Below are positions 1 to 8,625 of a stretch of 32,000 nt of DNA, one piece after another. The stretch is from Wolbachia endosymbiont of Drosophila innubila (GTDB lineage Bacteria; Pseudomonadota; Alphaproteobacteria; Rickettsiales; Anaplasmataceae). Every line of letters begins with the position of its first letter. The stretch's first letter is position 1. The stretch lies in contig NZ_CP076228.1 in assembly GCF_021378375.1 (NCBI RefSeq), positions 270,001 to 302,000 of the forward strand, given 5' to 3'. Under the pieces are notes generated by a model, which was not told where the DNA came from, did not search any database, and saw nothing but the letters and a program-made list of their open reading frames with translations. Position numbers and translations under genes: made by a program.

Positions 1-221
1 TTATGTGATTCTGGATATACCAGTATGTTCTACCCCGATCAATAGCTAACTAGACTTATAAGTACAATGGTACACTCGATACACAAGGTCTAAGTCATTT
101 TTTAGCTAGCAGACTGAAGATGGGAAGTTTGTTGTAGGTGCAGCACTATAATTCCTCCACAGATAAGAGAATTTTAATAAATATATACAAGACTGCTGAA
201 CGTGGGGGGAGGAGGGGAGTA

Positions 222-1544
222 ATGAGCAATTTGCTTAGTGAGGCTAACACATTTTATTTTATAGCTAGTTCCTTAGCTACTCTTACGTTACTTACATCTT
301 TAGCGCTTATTGTAACTTCTAATGTGCCTCTTCCTCTAATTCTTGCTTTAGCTACATTATCTGTTTTGGTGCTTGCACTTTCGTATAAAATAATTAGTAA
401 TAATAAAAAAATAGAGGTTGAGAGAAATAAATTCGCTCAGAAAGAGCAAGAGTTAGAAAATAAAATAACTCTAGGAAAGGAAGCTGAAAAAGCTGCAAAC
501 AAAGAAGTGGAAAAATTAAAACATGAATTAACTCGAGAAAAGCAAAATTTAGACAAGAGAGCAAAAAGATTGGATCAGAAAGTAAATGAGTCAGAAGTTG
601 AGAGAGAATCTCTTCTTGAAGAAAAAAAATCTTTAGAGAAAAAATTAGAAACAGCAAAGAATCGTACGTTTGAAATAGACAATGAATTGGACAAAACAAG
701 AAAGGAAATAGGTAAGCTTAATGAGCAGGAAGAGAAATTAAAACTTGAAATCTCATGTTTAAAGAAACAGTTGGAAGAAAGAAGTAGATTTATTGCAAAG
801 CTGAAGATGGAAGTGGATGATAATAAACATTTAGAGCTAGAGAATAAGGGGTTAAATGATAGAATAGAAACGTTACGTGAAGTACAAAAGGCACTACGTG
901 AGAAAAAACATGAACTTAGTGAAAAAGTAGAGGCATTGAATAAGGAAAAAAATAAACTTTCTAAAGAAGTAGAGGAATTACGTGAAGAACAAGAAAGGCT
1001 GCATGCAAACTTAGATAAGCTACAATGTAAAATTAAAGAGGTCAACAAAGAAAAGAAAAATTTATCTAAAGAATTAAAAGAGAAATTTGAAGAGTTAGAT
1101 GAAGCAAATGGTTTAATTAAAAATCAATCTTTTGAGTTAGATGGGATAAGAAAAGATTGTAATAATGAAGTAAAAAGTTTAAGAAATTCACTTTTAGAAC
1201 GAGACAGTCAAATAGAAGATTTTTTGAAAGAGAAAGAAAAACAAGTGAATTTTGCGCAACTGTTGATAAGATGCGTAACAGACAATATAGAAGAACCAAT
1301 AAGAAATAATGATGGAAAAGCAATATTAGATACGATTCAAATATTAAAGTCTGCGTTACAAGGAGAAATTGCACGGCTTTTGCCAGACGAAACGCCTTCT
1401 TCTTCGCTGGAAGATCTTGGATATGAATCATTATTTGTCAGTCGCTCATCCACCCCGACCAAGTTGCCAAATTCACTATTGACAGAATCTTATGAACGCA
1501 GTCAGTTCAATCAGAGTGAAAGTATTTGCAAAACACAACAATGA
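222..1544 (+). CDS. Membrane-anchored coiled-coil protein: two N-terminal hydrophobic helices followed by ~300 aa coiled coil; candidate effector/surface protein
   Basis: ORF 138..1544; internal ATG at 222 (MSNLLSEANTF) follows the strong SD GGAGGGGAG at 211-219. Hydrophobic segments FYFIASSLATLTLLTSLALIV and LPLILALATLSVLVLALSY, then K/E/L-rich heptads. Confidence 0.8.
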   Translation: MSNLLSEANTFYFIASSLATLTLLTSLALIVTSNVPLPLILALATLSVLVLALSYKIISNNKKIEVERNKFAQKEQELENKITLGKEAEKAANKEVEKLKHELTREKQNLDKRAKRLDQKVNESEVERESLLEEKKSLEKKLETAKNRTFEIDNELDKTRKEIGKLNEQEEKLKLEISCLKKQLEERSRFIAKLKMEVDDNKHLELENKGLNDRIETLREVQKALREKKHELSEKVEALNKEKNKLSKEVEELREEQERLHANLDKLQCKIKEVNKEKKNLSKELKEKFEELDEANGLIKNQSFELDGIRKDCNNEVKSLRNSLLERDSQIEDFLKEKEKQVNFAQLLIRCVTDNIEEPIRNNDGKAILDTIQILKSALQGEIARLLPDETPSSSLEDLGYESLFVSRSSTPTKLPNSLLTESYERSQFNQSESICKTQQ

Positions 1545-1574
1545 GTCTTATTATAAGATAAATCATGCAAGATA

Positions 1575-2249
1575 ATGAACCCAATAATATGCGCACTGGA
1601 TACACAAGACTTAAATAAGGCTATTTCTCTAGCTAATGCTCTGCGTGGTAAAGTTGGCATGGTAAAGCTGGGATTAGAATTTTTTGCTGCTCAAGGTCTT
1701 TCTGGAGTGCAAGAAGTTGCAAAATGCAATGTACCAATTTTTTTAGATCTGAAATTGCATGACATTCCAAACACTGTAGCTAAAACAGTTGAAGTAATAA
1801 AAGTTCTGAACGTTGAAATGTTAACTCTGCACATCAGCGGTGGGACAAAAATGCTTGAAGAAGCGCTAAGTGTAGTGCAAGGCACAAAAATAAAGCTGAT
1901 TGGAGTGACAGTGCTAACTAGTATGAGCAATGAGGATTTAAACGAGCTTGGAGTAGCAAGAGAAGTAAAATCACAGGTAATTTTGCTTGCAAAGCTTGCA
2001 AAAAAGATTGGACTCTATGGAATAGTCTGTTCTGCATTGGAAGCTCAGGAAGTGCGCCGAGAATGCGGTGAAGACTTTAAAATTATTACTCCAGGAATTC
2101 GTATAGATCCAGGTCATGACGACCAAAAAAGAACAGCAACACCAAAAGAAGCAATAAATTCAGGAGCTGATTATATCGTCATTGGCAGACCCATTACAAA
2201 AACTACAAGTAGTGCGGAGCTAATATTGAAATCCATGAAAGAATTTTAA
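1575..2249 (+). CDS. pyrF: Orotidine 5'-phosphate decarboxylase
   Basis: ICALDT start, FLDLKLHDIPNTV active-site motif, TPGIR and GADYIVIGRPIT phosphate-binding motifs. Confidence 0.95.
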   Translation: MNPIICALDTQDLNKAISLANALRGKVGMVKLGLEFFAAQGLSGVQEVAKCNVPIFLDLKLHDIPNTVAKTVEVIKVLNVEMLTLHISGGTKMLEEALSVVQGTKIKLIGVTVLTSMSNEDLNELGVAREVKSQVILLAKLAKKIGLYGIVCSALEAQEVRRECGEDFKIITPGIRIDPGHDDQKRTATPKEAINSGADYIVIGRPITKTTSSAELILKSMKEF

Positions 2250-2390
2250 TATAATAACTTAATTTATAAAAATACTAACATATTAATTAGGAATAAGCAT
2301 GAGTAATATCAATAGAATAATACGCGAAGTAATCAAGGAATTCCGCTCAAAATTACCAGATAAGGGGAAATAGAGGAATATTCTGGCAAA

Positions 2391-3098
2391 TTGAATAAGC
2401 TACATATCTACCAGTGCAATAAGCATATAATAGAAAATAAGAAGCTATATCATTATACAATAAATGGGAAAACCCATGCTATGGGTCAGCATGGGCATAA
2501 TTTTGTCAAGAGTTTAGAAGTTATCTTGAGGAATAAGCCACAAATTTCCTTAGAAGAGGTAATTGATTTTATGGAAAAAATAATTAATTTTGGTATTGAT
2601 AGTTGTTATGGAGCATTTGAGATGATATTTGAATCTCGCTCTGGTGTTACAATAGATGATGCAGTTAATTTTGTAAAAGATAGCTTATCTAGTAAATTTT
2701 ATGGATTCCATGGCAGTGGGATTTTCAAAGTAATATTAGAACTTAATCCAGAGAGCTCTCTTGAAGAGATAGAGAAACAATTTAGCAAAGTAGTAGATCC
2801 TTACTTTCTTAATGCTTGGAGTCGAGAAAGTGAAAGGGCTTTTGCTAAGATATGTAGGTTATGTAGAGAAGGACATGTGGAGAATATGCAGAAATTTGAT
2901 TTTAGCAATTTTAATTTAGATCAAGATAGTGCTGGAGCATTAAGAGCACTGTTACAGTATTGTGTTGACGTTTCTAATCAAAAAGCTTTAGGTGATTCAC
3001 ATGAATTGCATAGAGAAGAGATGGAGGGGATATATAAATTTGATGATAATTACGATTTAAATTTAGATAGTGATCATAATGATAGTATCTGGCATTGA
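2391..3098 (+). CDS. Hypothetical protein; N-terminus probably lies upstream in another frame (see findings)
   Basis: 235-aa ORF beginning with TTG. A small ORF 2299..2373 (MSNINRIIREVIKEFRSKLPDKGK*) precedes it in another frame. Confidence 0.6.
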   Translation: MNKLHIYQCNKHIIENKKLYHYTINGKTHAMGQHGHNFVKSLEVILRNKPQISLEEVIDFMEKIINFGIDSCYGAFEMIFESRSGVTIDDAVNFVKDSLSSKFYGFHGSGIFKVILELNPESSLEEIEKQFSKVVDPYFLNAWSRESERAFAKICRLCREGHVENMQKFDFSNFNLDQDSAGALRALLQYCVDVSNQKALGDSHELHREEMEGIYKFDDNYDLNLDSDHNDSIWH

Positions 3099-3161
3099 AA
3101 TTATACTACAATAATAAAATAACTGGATAAAAATTATCACCAAAAAAATTCAAAAAAGTGC

Positions 3162-3190
3162 TTGACATAAAAGAACGAACATTATATAGT
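3162..3190 (+). promoter_or_regulatory. Sigma70-type promoter: TTGACA (3162-3167), 17-nt spacer, TATAGT (3185-3190)
   Basis: Perfect -35, 5/6 match to the TATAAT -10, optimal spacing. Confidence 0.6.
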
Positions 3191-3196
3191 GTCATT

Positions 3197-3279
3197 ATCT
3201 TTTATTTTACCTCGCTTAATTTAATTACTGGATTAAGCTTACAGTACTAAGCGTGGCACAAAGTGCCACGCTATTTTTC
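3197..3279 (+). ncRNA. Candidate small non-coding RNA (~83 nt) with an internal hairpin and a terminator hairpin
   Basis: Starts ~7 nt after the -10 element; hairpin GCTTAAT(3214-3220)/ATTAAGC(3232-3238); ends at an intrinsic terminator; no credible ORF. Confidence 0.45.
3250..3278 (+). terminator. Rho-independent terminator
   Basis: AGCGTGGCAC-AAA-GTGCCACGCT perfect 10-bp stem followed by ATTTTT. Confidence 0.85.
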
Positions 3280-3375
3280 GGTTTACATTTTCAACAGATA
3301 AAAAATGATGCCATTTCAGTGCCAAGCACATAACTGTACGGATATTCATTTTTAAAGGTAAATTGCACAACAGAT

Positions 3376-3524
3376 GATGTCATTCCAGTGCTTGACACTG
3401 GAATCCAGAAATTTTGCTTATAACTGAGCTGATGAGCTAAAGGTAGTTGTCTTACGCTAAAACAAACGTTTTTAATTAAGTTGCATAGAAGCTGGATCCC
3501 AGTGTCAAGCACTGGAATGACATC
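3376..3524. repeat. Wolbachia palindromic-element-like repeat (family 1), full copy with 33-nt inverted arms
   Basis: Left arm GATGTCATTCCAGTGCTTGACACTGGAATCCAG (3376-3408); right arm CTGGATCCCAGTGTCAAGCACTGGAATGACATC (3492-3524) is its reverse complement with one mismatch. Confidence 0.85.
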
Positions 3525-3632
3525 GTTTACTATGTACCATATTGCAATATTCGTACAACTGTGGGAAACATCTATGGATGCCATTCCTATTACCTTATTT
3601 CCATTTTTATTTCATTTTCAAAGGAGGCTATT

Positions 3633-4832
3633 ATGTCACTTACCGATATCGCTCACCGTATCAATGAACTCGCTTCATCATGGGAGCAATTTAAATTAAT
3701 AAATGATCGCAAACTAAAAGAAATTGAAAGCAAAGGGCGTGCTGATTCTGCAACAATTGAGCAGCTATGCAAGGTAAATAATGCCATTGATAGTTGCAAA
3801 GAGCGTTTAGACTTGATCGAAACTGCAGCTCAACGCCCAGAAGTAAATACAGATTTTAGCACAAGCGATAAATATTTTTCTGATTATATCCGCAAGGGAA
3901 TGGAAAGCGGTTTATCACACAAAACCCTCAGTGGAGATGACAGTGATATCGGGGGGTATCTAGTTACTCCGCATATTGTAAAACGCATAAACAAGCGCGT
4001 AACTGATTCGTCCCCAATGCGACAAATATGCTCCAGTCAAAGAATCTCTACTGAAACATTGGATTACATTATAGAAGATTTTGACCGCGCCGGTGCAGGT
4101 TGGAGCAGTGAAACAGTAGATGATGAGGACGGTGGCAATAAGTCTAAGTATGATTTTGCAAAAGATACGGACACGCCCAAAATCCAAAAGATTTCCGTCA
4201 CAACTTACGAGTTATATGCTCAACCACAAATATCACAAAAGTTACTCGATGATGCGTTTGTCGATGTTGAGAGTTGGCTGGTGGAAAAGATTGCCGAGAC
4301 TTTTAGTAAGGAAGAAAGCGAAGCCTTCATTAAGGGTGAGGGCACTTTTCAACCAAAAGGAATTTTAGCTTATGAAAATGGAAACAGTTATAATAAAATA
4401 GAGCAAGTTAAAACTGAAAAATTAGATAGTGATTCAATAATGATGTTGTATTACTCTCTGGACGAATATTATTCCAAAAATGCGTCATTTTTGATGAACA
4501 GGAGTACGTTGAAGGATATCAGGCTGCTAAAATCTCAAACAGGTCAGTATCTCTGGCAGCCAAGTCTGTCGCTTGAAGCTCCAGATACTTTAATGGGAAT
4601 ACCAGTATATCAATCTGCCGATATGCCACCAGCGCCAAACAATCAGCTACCAGTAATTGCGATGGCAGATTTCAAACAAGCTTATAAGATTGTAGATAAC
4701 AGAGGAATGAGAATATTAAGAGACCCTTATACGAATAAACCTTATGTGAGGTTTTTTGTCACTAAGCGTGTCGGCGGAGAGGTTGTAAACACCAGTGCTA
4801 TTAAATTGTTGAAAGTTGCGAGCAAGTACTAA
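3633..4832 (+). CDS. HK97-family phage major capsid protein, resembling alphaproteobacterial GTA capsid (g5-like)
   Basis: SD AAAGGAGG upstream of ATG 3633. N-terminus SSWEQFKLINDRKLKEIESKGRADSAT, then GGYLVTPHIVKRI, AGWSSETVDDED, ISVTTYELYAQPQISQKLLDDAFVDVESWLVEKI, KGEGTFQPKGILAY. Confidence 0.85.
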   Translation: MSLTDIAHRINELASSWEQFKLINDRKLKEIESKGRADSATIEQLCKVNNAIDSCKERLDLIETAAQRPEVNTDFSTSDKYFSDYIRKGMESGLSHKTLSGDDSDIGGYLVTPHIVKRINKRVTDSSPMRQICSSQRISTETLDYIIEDFDRAGAGWSSETVDDEDGGNKSKYDFAKDTDTPKIQKISVTTYELYAQPQISQKLLDDAFVDVESWLVEKIAETFSKEESEAFIKGEGTFQPKGILAYENGNSYNKIEQVKTEKLDSDSIMMLYYSLDEYYSKNASFLMNRSTLKDIRLLKSQTGQYLWQPSLSLEAPDTLMGIPVYQSADMPPAPNNQLPVIAMADFKQAYKIVDNRGMRILRDPYTNKPYVRFFVTKRVGGEVVNTSAIKLLKVASKY

Positions 4833-4873
4833 AAACTTCCGCAGCATCATCTTTATAGCTGATCAAAGCAACA

Positions 4874-5059
4874 CGTCATACCGCGATTCATTCCATAACT
4901 GTACGAACATTGTGATTTTGGCCCATCAGGAGGGTGTCATCCCAGTGCTTGACACATATAGCTAAACTGACTTAGATTTACCGACAGTTTGAAAAACAAA
5001 AATTCGTCATTCCGCTACTTGTTAGCGAAATCTATGCTGAGATATCGCGGCGGTATGAC
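4874..5059. repeat. Cluster of partial palindromic repeats: family 2 (GTCATACCGCG...; GTCATTCCGCTACTTGTTAGCG...GCGGCGGTATGAC) and a family 1 half-arm
   Basis: GTCATACCGCGATTCATT at 4874; TGTCATCCCAGTGCTTGACAC near 4935; GTCATTCCGCTAC...GGCGGTATGAC at 5006-5059; similar to the block at 24685-24863. Confidence 0.7.
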
Positions 5060-5222
5060 GTAGGAAAACCTTTCTTGGGTTAGCTATAGTTTGCTATATT
5101 ATGTGATTTTATTTTTAGCATTGCTTCTTACATTATGTAATTTTGTTTTCCATAATGTATATTATGTAATTTTCGATGCTAAGATCTGTTATAGCTCTCA
5201 GTATGATATGAGTGATTCTCTT

Positions 5223-5882
5223 TTAATAATTATTTTTTAAATAATTTGTTGGTTCATCAATTTCTTTAGGATTGATATCTACAATTATTTTTCCGTTTTT
5301 TAACAGAATAATCCGATCTGATATTTTTGTTAAAAAATCCAAATTGTGAGAAGCGATAATCATAGTAATACCCATATCTCTAACTGATTGTAGTAGTTCC
5401 ACAACGTCGACTATTGTTGCTACATCTAAACCAGACGTTGGCTCATCGCATAATAGAATCCTTGGATTCATCATTAAGCTTCTGGCAAGCGCAACCCGCT
5501 GTTTTTGCCCACCGGATAGATTACTAGGGTAATCATTTTTTTTAGAGGCAATACCCAAAGACTCAAGTAGTGAATCACTTTGATCCTGAGTTTTGTTTTT
5601 AAGTTTGGGAGCATATGTAAGATTTTCCCAGACAGTCATATGTGAGAAAAGTTGAAAATCCTGAAATACAAAACCAGTACTATCATTGCATTCAATGCTA
5701 CCAGAATCTAAAACTTCGAGTTTTTGTATACAACGTAACAATGTTGATTTACCACTACCAGAAGGACCAGCAAGACCAACTATAGATTGCTCTATAATCA
5801 GGTTAATATTATTAAGTACTGGAACATTATTAAATAATTTACAAACATTATGCATTTTTATCATATATACCTTTCTGTTCAA
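5223..5882 (-). CDS. Polar amino-acid ABC transporter ATP-binding protein (GlnQ/ArtP-like)
   Basis: Walker A GPSGSGKST, signature LSGGQKQRVALARSL, Walker B ILLCDEPTSGLD. Native start may be MHNVCKLF at 5855. Confidence 0.92.
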   Translation of the reverse strand: MNRKVYMIKMHNVCKLFNNVPVLNNINLIIEQSIVGLAGPSGSGKSTLLRCIQKLEVLDSGSIECNDSTGFVFQDFQLFSHMTVWENLTYAPKLKNKTQDQSDSLLESLGIASKKNDYPSNLSGGQKQRVALARSLMMNPRILLCDEPTSGLDVATIVDVVELLQSVRDMGITMIIASHNLDFLTKISDRIILLKNGKIIVDINPKEIDEPTNYLKNNY

Positions 5883-6495
5883 TCTTTTTGCCTATATATT
5901 CAATTAGTAATACAAGAGCGTAATAATAAGCCCCAGCAAGACAAAGTGGTATAAAATAAGTAAATTGTTCTGCTGCAAGCATTTGCGCAGAGCGCATAAT
6001 ATCAACACCACCAATAGTAGAGATTAATGCCGTTTCTTTAAGGAGTGCAATGATCTCATTTATCATTGCAGGAAGAATATTTTTAATAACTTGTGGTAAT
6101 ATAATATCTCTCCACATATAGAAACTAGGTATTTGTAAAGTTTTAGCTGCTTCAAACTGGTTTTTTGATATAGTTTCAATACCAGCTCGTAAAATCTCAG
6201 CAATATAAGCACAGCTATTTAGACCAAATGCTATAATGCCAGCACTAAATATGTTTAATTTAATTCCTGCAATGGTTGGGGTCATAAAATAAACAACACT
6301 TAACTGTAATATAAGGGGGGTGCCACGTATTACAGATATAATTCCATTAATTAATGGAATACAGATCTTATTATATCTGAGTACTGACAATAATCCCCCT
6401 AGACTCACACCTAAAAGCAGTCCTCCAATCAATAATTTTAAAGTAAAGGCAAGGCCTGTTCCAACAAACAAGAAATTAGAAATTAATTCCTGCAT
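5848..6495 (-). CDS. Polar amino-acid ABC transporter permease (HisM/GlnP/ArtM-like)
   Basis: Multi-TM protein with YFMTPTIAG, FGLNSCAYIAEILRAGIETISKNQFEAAKTLQIP and VIKNILPAMINEIIALLKETALIS. Confidence 0.92.
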   Translation of the reverse strand: MQELISNFLFVGTGLAFTLKLLIGGLLLGVSLGGLLSVLRYNKICIPLINGIISVIRGTPLILQLSVVYFMTPTIAGIKLNIFSAGIIAFGLNSCAYIAEILRAGIETISKNQFEAAKTLQIPSFYMWRDIILPQVIKNILPAMINEIIALLKETALISTIGGVDIMRSAQMLAAEQFTYFIPLCLAGAYYYALVLLIEYIGKKIEQKGIYDKNA

Positions 6496-7229
6496 CAGTT
6501 ATCTCCTAGCCATTTTTCTGCTATTTTTTGTATTACACCTTTACTTTCTAAACTTTTTAATGCCTCGTTTATTTTATCCTTTAAAGCAGATCCTTTATTC
6601 ACAGCAATAACATAACCACCATCTAACTTGGCAGTGGCTGACCATGATAGACCAGGATTTTTTTTGCTAAATACTTTACCTTGGAATTCATCAATTAGGA
6701 CGCCATCAACATGACCAGACTTTAATGTTTCTACAGCTTGATTATTATTGTCTATAGCAATAATTTGAGCTGTTGTAGGAACATGCTCTTTTAGCCAAAT
6801 TTCCATGACAGTTCCTAGTTGAACGGCTATCTTCTTGTGAGTTAAGTTGTTTATACCGGCTATGGGTTTATTTTTGTGATATAGAATACCAAATTCCCCT
6901 GTATAATAACTATTTGAAAAATCAAAATTTTTTTCACGCTCTTCTGTGCTACCAATAGTAGATATAGCAGCATCTACAGAATTACTTTGCAATGCTGCAA
7001 ATATAGCACTAAACTGCATATCTTTAAATATCGCTTCTTTACCTAACTCTTTTGCTACTAATTGAGCAAGCTCAATGTCAAAGCCAGTAAATTTACCATT
7101 TTCATAATATTCAAAAGGTGGATAATCTGCAGAAATTGCAAATCTAATGATATTATCGTGTTTATTTTCCTTGCATCCTGTTAATAGAATACTTATCACT
7201 ATAGTAGCATTTAAAATATATTTTTTCAT
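6495..7229 (-). CDS. Amino-acid ABC transporter substrate-binding lipoprotein (family 3, ArtJ/GlnH-like)
   Basis: Lipobox ILLTGC; RFAISADYPPFEYYENGKFTGFDIELAQLVAKELGKE; C-terminal AVNKGSALKDKINEALKSLESKGVIQKIAEKWLG. Confidence 0.92.
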   Translation of the reverse strand: MKKYILNATIVISILLTGCKENKHDNIIRFAISADYPPFEYYENGKFTGFDIELAQLVAKELGKEAIFKDMQFSAIFAALQSNSVDAAISTIGSTEEREKNFDFSNSYYTGEFGILYHKNKPIAGINNLTHKKIAVQLGTVMEIWLKEHVPTTAQIIAIDNNNQAVETLKSGHVDGVLIDEFQGKVFSKKNPGLSWSATAKLDGGYVIAVNKGSALKDKINEALKSLESKGVIQKIAEKWLGDN

Positions 7230-7233
7230 ATTA

Positions 7234-7317
7234 CTAATTTATATTCATATTTTATTCATCTTATGAATATAGACATTAAAAATTGAATAGTCAAGAAATA
7301 ATGAATATAATTTCAAA
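7234..7317. promoter_or_regulatory. Putative ArgR operator region between the transporter and argR
   Basis: AATGAATATAATTTCAAA (7300-7317) matches the E. coli ARG-box consensus WNTGAATWWWWATTCANW at 17/18. CTAATTTATATTCA (7234-7247) matches the 14-nt core at 12/14. Inverted ATTCAT(7254-7259)/ATGAAT(7263-7268). Confidence 0.55.
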
Positions 7318-7354
7318 TATACTTATTACATATTCAATATGAGGAAAATGCATA

Positions 7355-7810
7355 ATGCATGACAACACACTAGGTGAACATATTTTAAATATTATTCAAA
7401 ATCACGAAATTTTAGAGCAGAGCGATTTACAGACCTTGCTTAAAGAAAGAGGGCACAACATTCCTCAGGCTACTTTATCAAGAAAATTAAAAAAACTTAA
7501 AATTGCCAAAGTTGCTGGTATGTATAAAGTAATTGACATCAACCAATATCGATTACCATTAATACTTAATATGCAAATTTCGGATTTTGGTTTAATAGTA
7601 CTACACACTCAACCAGGACAAGCTAGCAGCCTAGCTTACTTTCTAGATCAGAAGTATGTTATTTATTCATTAAATAATAGCAAAAACATAGGAATTATAG
7701 GAACTATAGCAGGTGATGATACAGTATTATTGATCATCAAAAGTAAGGCTGAACTTAACAAAGTATTACAATCAATTTATGAAACATTTCCATATTTAAG
7801 TCCTGAATAA
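7355..7810 (+). CDS. argR: Arginine repressor family transcriptional regulator
   Basis: N-terminal winged-helix (ATLSRKLKKLKIAKV) and C-terminal hexamerisation/arginine-binding motif GTIAGDDTVLLI. Confidence 0.85.
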   Translation: MHDNTLGEHILNIIQNHEILEQSDLQTLLKERGHNIPQATLSRKLKKLKIAKVAGMYKVIDINQYRLPLILNMQISDFGLIVLHTQPGQASSLAYFLDQKYVIYSLNNSKNIGIIGTIAGDDTVLLIIKSKAELNKVLQSIYETFPYLSPE

Positions 7811-7863
7811 GAATGTTGTAAGTTAAAAATGTGATATAAAGGAGATAAGAGGGATTTCTTTGT

Positions 7864-8625
7864 TTAAATCTTTGTCTTCTTTTTTTCAATATACCTACAT
7901 ATCAGAATGGACAATTCATATAGAATCAGCATAGGTATTGCAAGCCCTACTTGGCTTAATACATCAGGTGGAGTTAAGATTGCAGCGATAATAAAAATTA
8001 CCACTATCGCGATTCTGCGTTTATTTGACAAACTTTGTGTAGTGAGTAACCCTACTCTCATCATTAATGTGAGTATTACTGGAATTTGAAATGCAGTGCC
8101 AAAAGCAAACATAAATTGGAGAACGAGGTCTAAATATTCGCTAACTGATGGCATAAACTCTATTGGTATACCGAAAGATTTCCCACTATGTTCAAAAGTG
8201 ATGAAAAACTTCCAGGCTAAAGGAAATATATAGTAATAGACTACAGTAGCTCCCGTTACAAATAAAACCGGTGTTGCAATCAAGTATGGCAACAACACTG
8301 CCCTTTCACTTTTATATAACCCAGGTGCTAAGAACATATAAAATTGCCATGCAAACACAGGAAAAGAAAACAAAAGTGCGCTCATTATTGCAACTTGGAG
8401 ATACACAAAAAATGCCTCTGTTAAGTCTGTGTAAATTAAAGAAAAACCTTCGCTACCTTTTGTTGCTTCTATTAAAGGTGCGAGTAAAAAACGGTATATA
8501 TTTTCCTTAAAGTAATAACAAAAACCAAAAGCAACGCAAAAAAATAGAAAGCAAAAGATAACTCTTTTTCTGAGTTCCGCAAAGTGCTCATAAAATGAGG
8601 CGTATTTGCTTGAGTTCCAGTTCAT
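7864..8625 (-). CDS. tatC: Sec-independent protein translocase TatC
   Basis: HFAELRKRVIFC N-terminus, AFGTAFQIPVILTLMM, FIIAAILTPPDVLSQ motifs. Confidence 0.95.
   Translation of the reverse strand: MNWNSSKYASFYEHFAELRKRVIFCFLFFCVAFGFCYYFKENIYRFLLAPLIEATKGSEGFSLIYTDLTEAFFVYLQVAIMSALLFSFPVFAWQFYMFLAPGLYKSERAVLLPYLIATPVLFVTGATVVYYYIFPLAWKFFITFEHSGKSFGIPIEFMPSVSEYLDLVLQFMFAFGTAFQIPVILTLMMRVGLLTTQSLSNKRRIAIVVIFIIAAILTPPDVLSQVGLAIPMLILYELSILICRYIEKKKTKI

Noticed and set aside
394-1431. Minus-strand ORFs antisense to the coiled-coil gene
   Set aside because: Low-complexity F/L/S-rich translations are the expected complement of a K/E-rich coiled coil; no domain support.
3376-3408. TTGACA inside palindromic arms as promoters
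   Set aside because: No properly spaced -10 in the arm, unlike the stand-alone promoter at 3162-3190. Kept only as a genome-wide hypothesis.
3376-3524. CRISPR-like array from recurring CCAGTGCTTGACACTGG words
   Set aside because: Arms are inverted pairs with irregular spacing, no regular direct repeats or unique spacers, and no cas genes nearby.
3291-3699. ORFs 3291..3584 (-) and 3481..3699 (+)
   Set aside because: Their translated sequence is the palindromic element itself (e.g. WIPVSSTGMTS); no independent evidence of genes.
5100-5200. Three near-copies of TTATGTRATTTT as a regulatory array
   Set aside because: Very AT-rich, imperfect and irregularly spaced; cannot be distinguished from compositional bias by eye.
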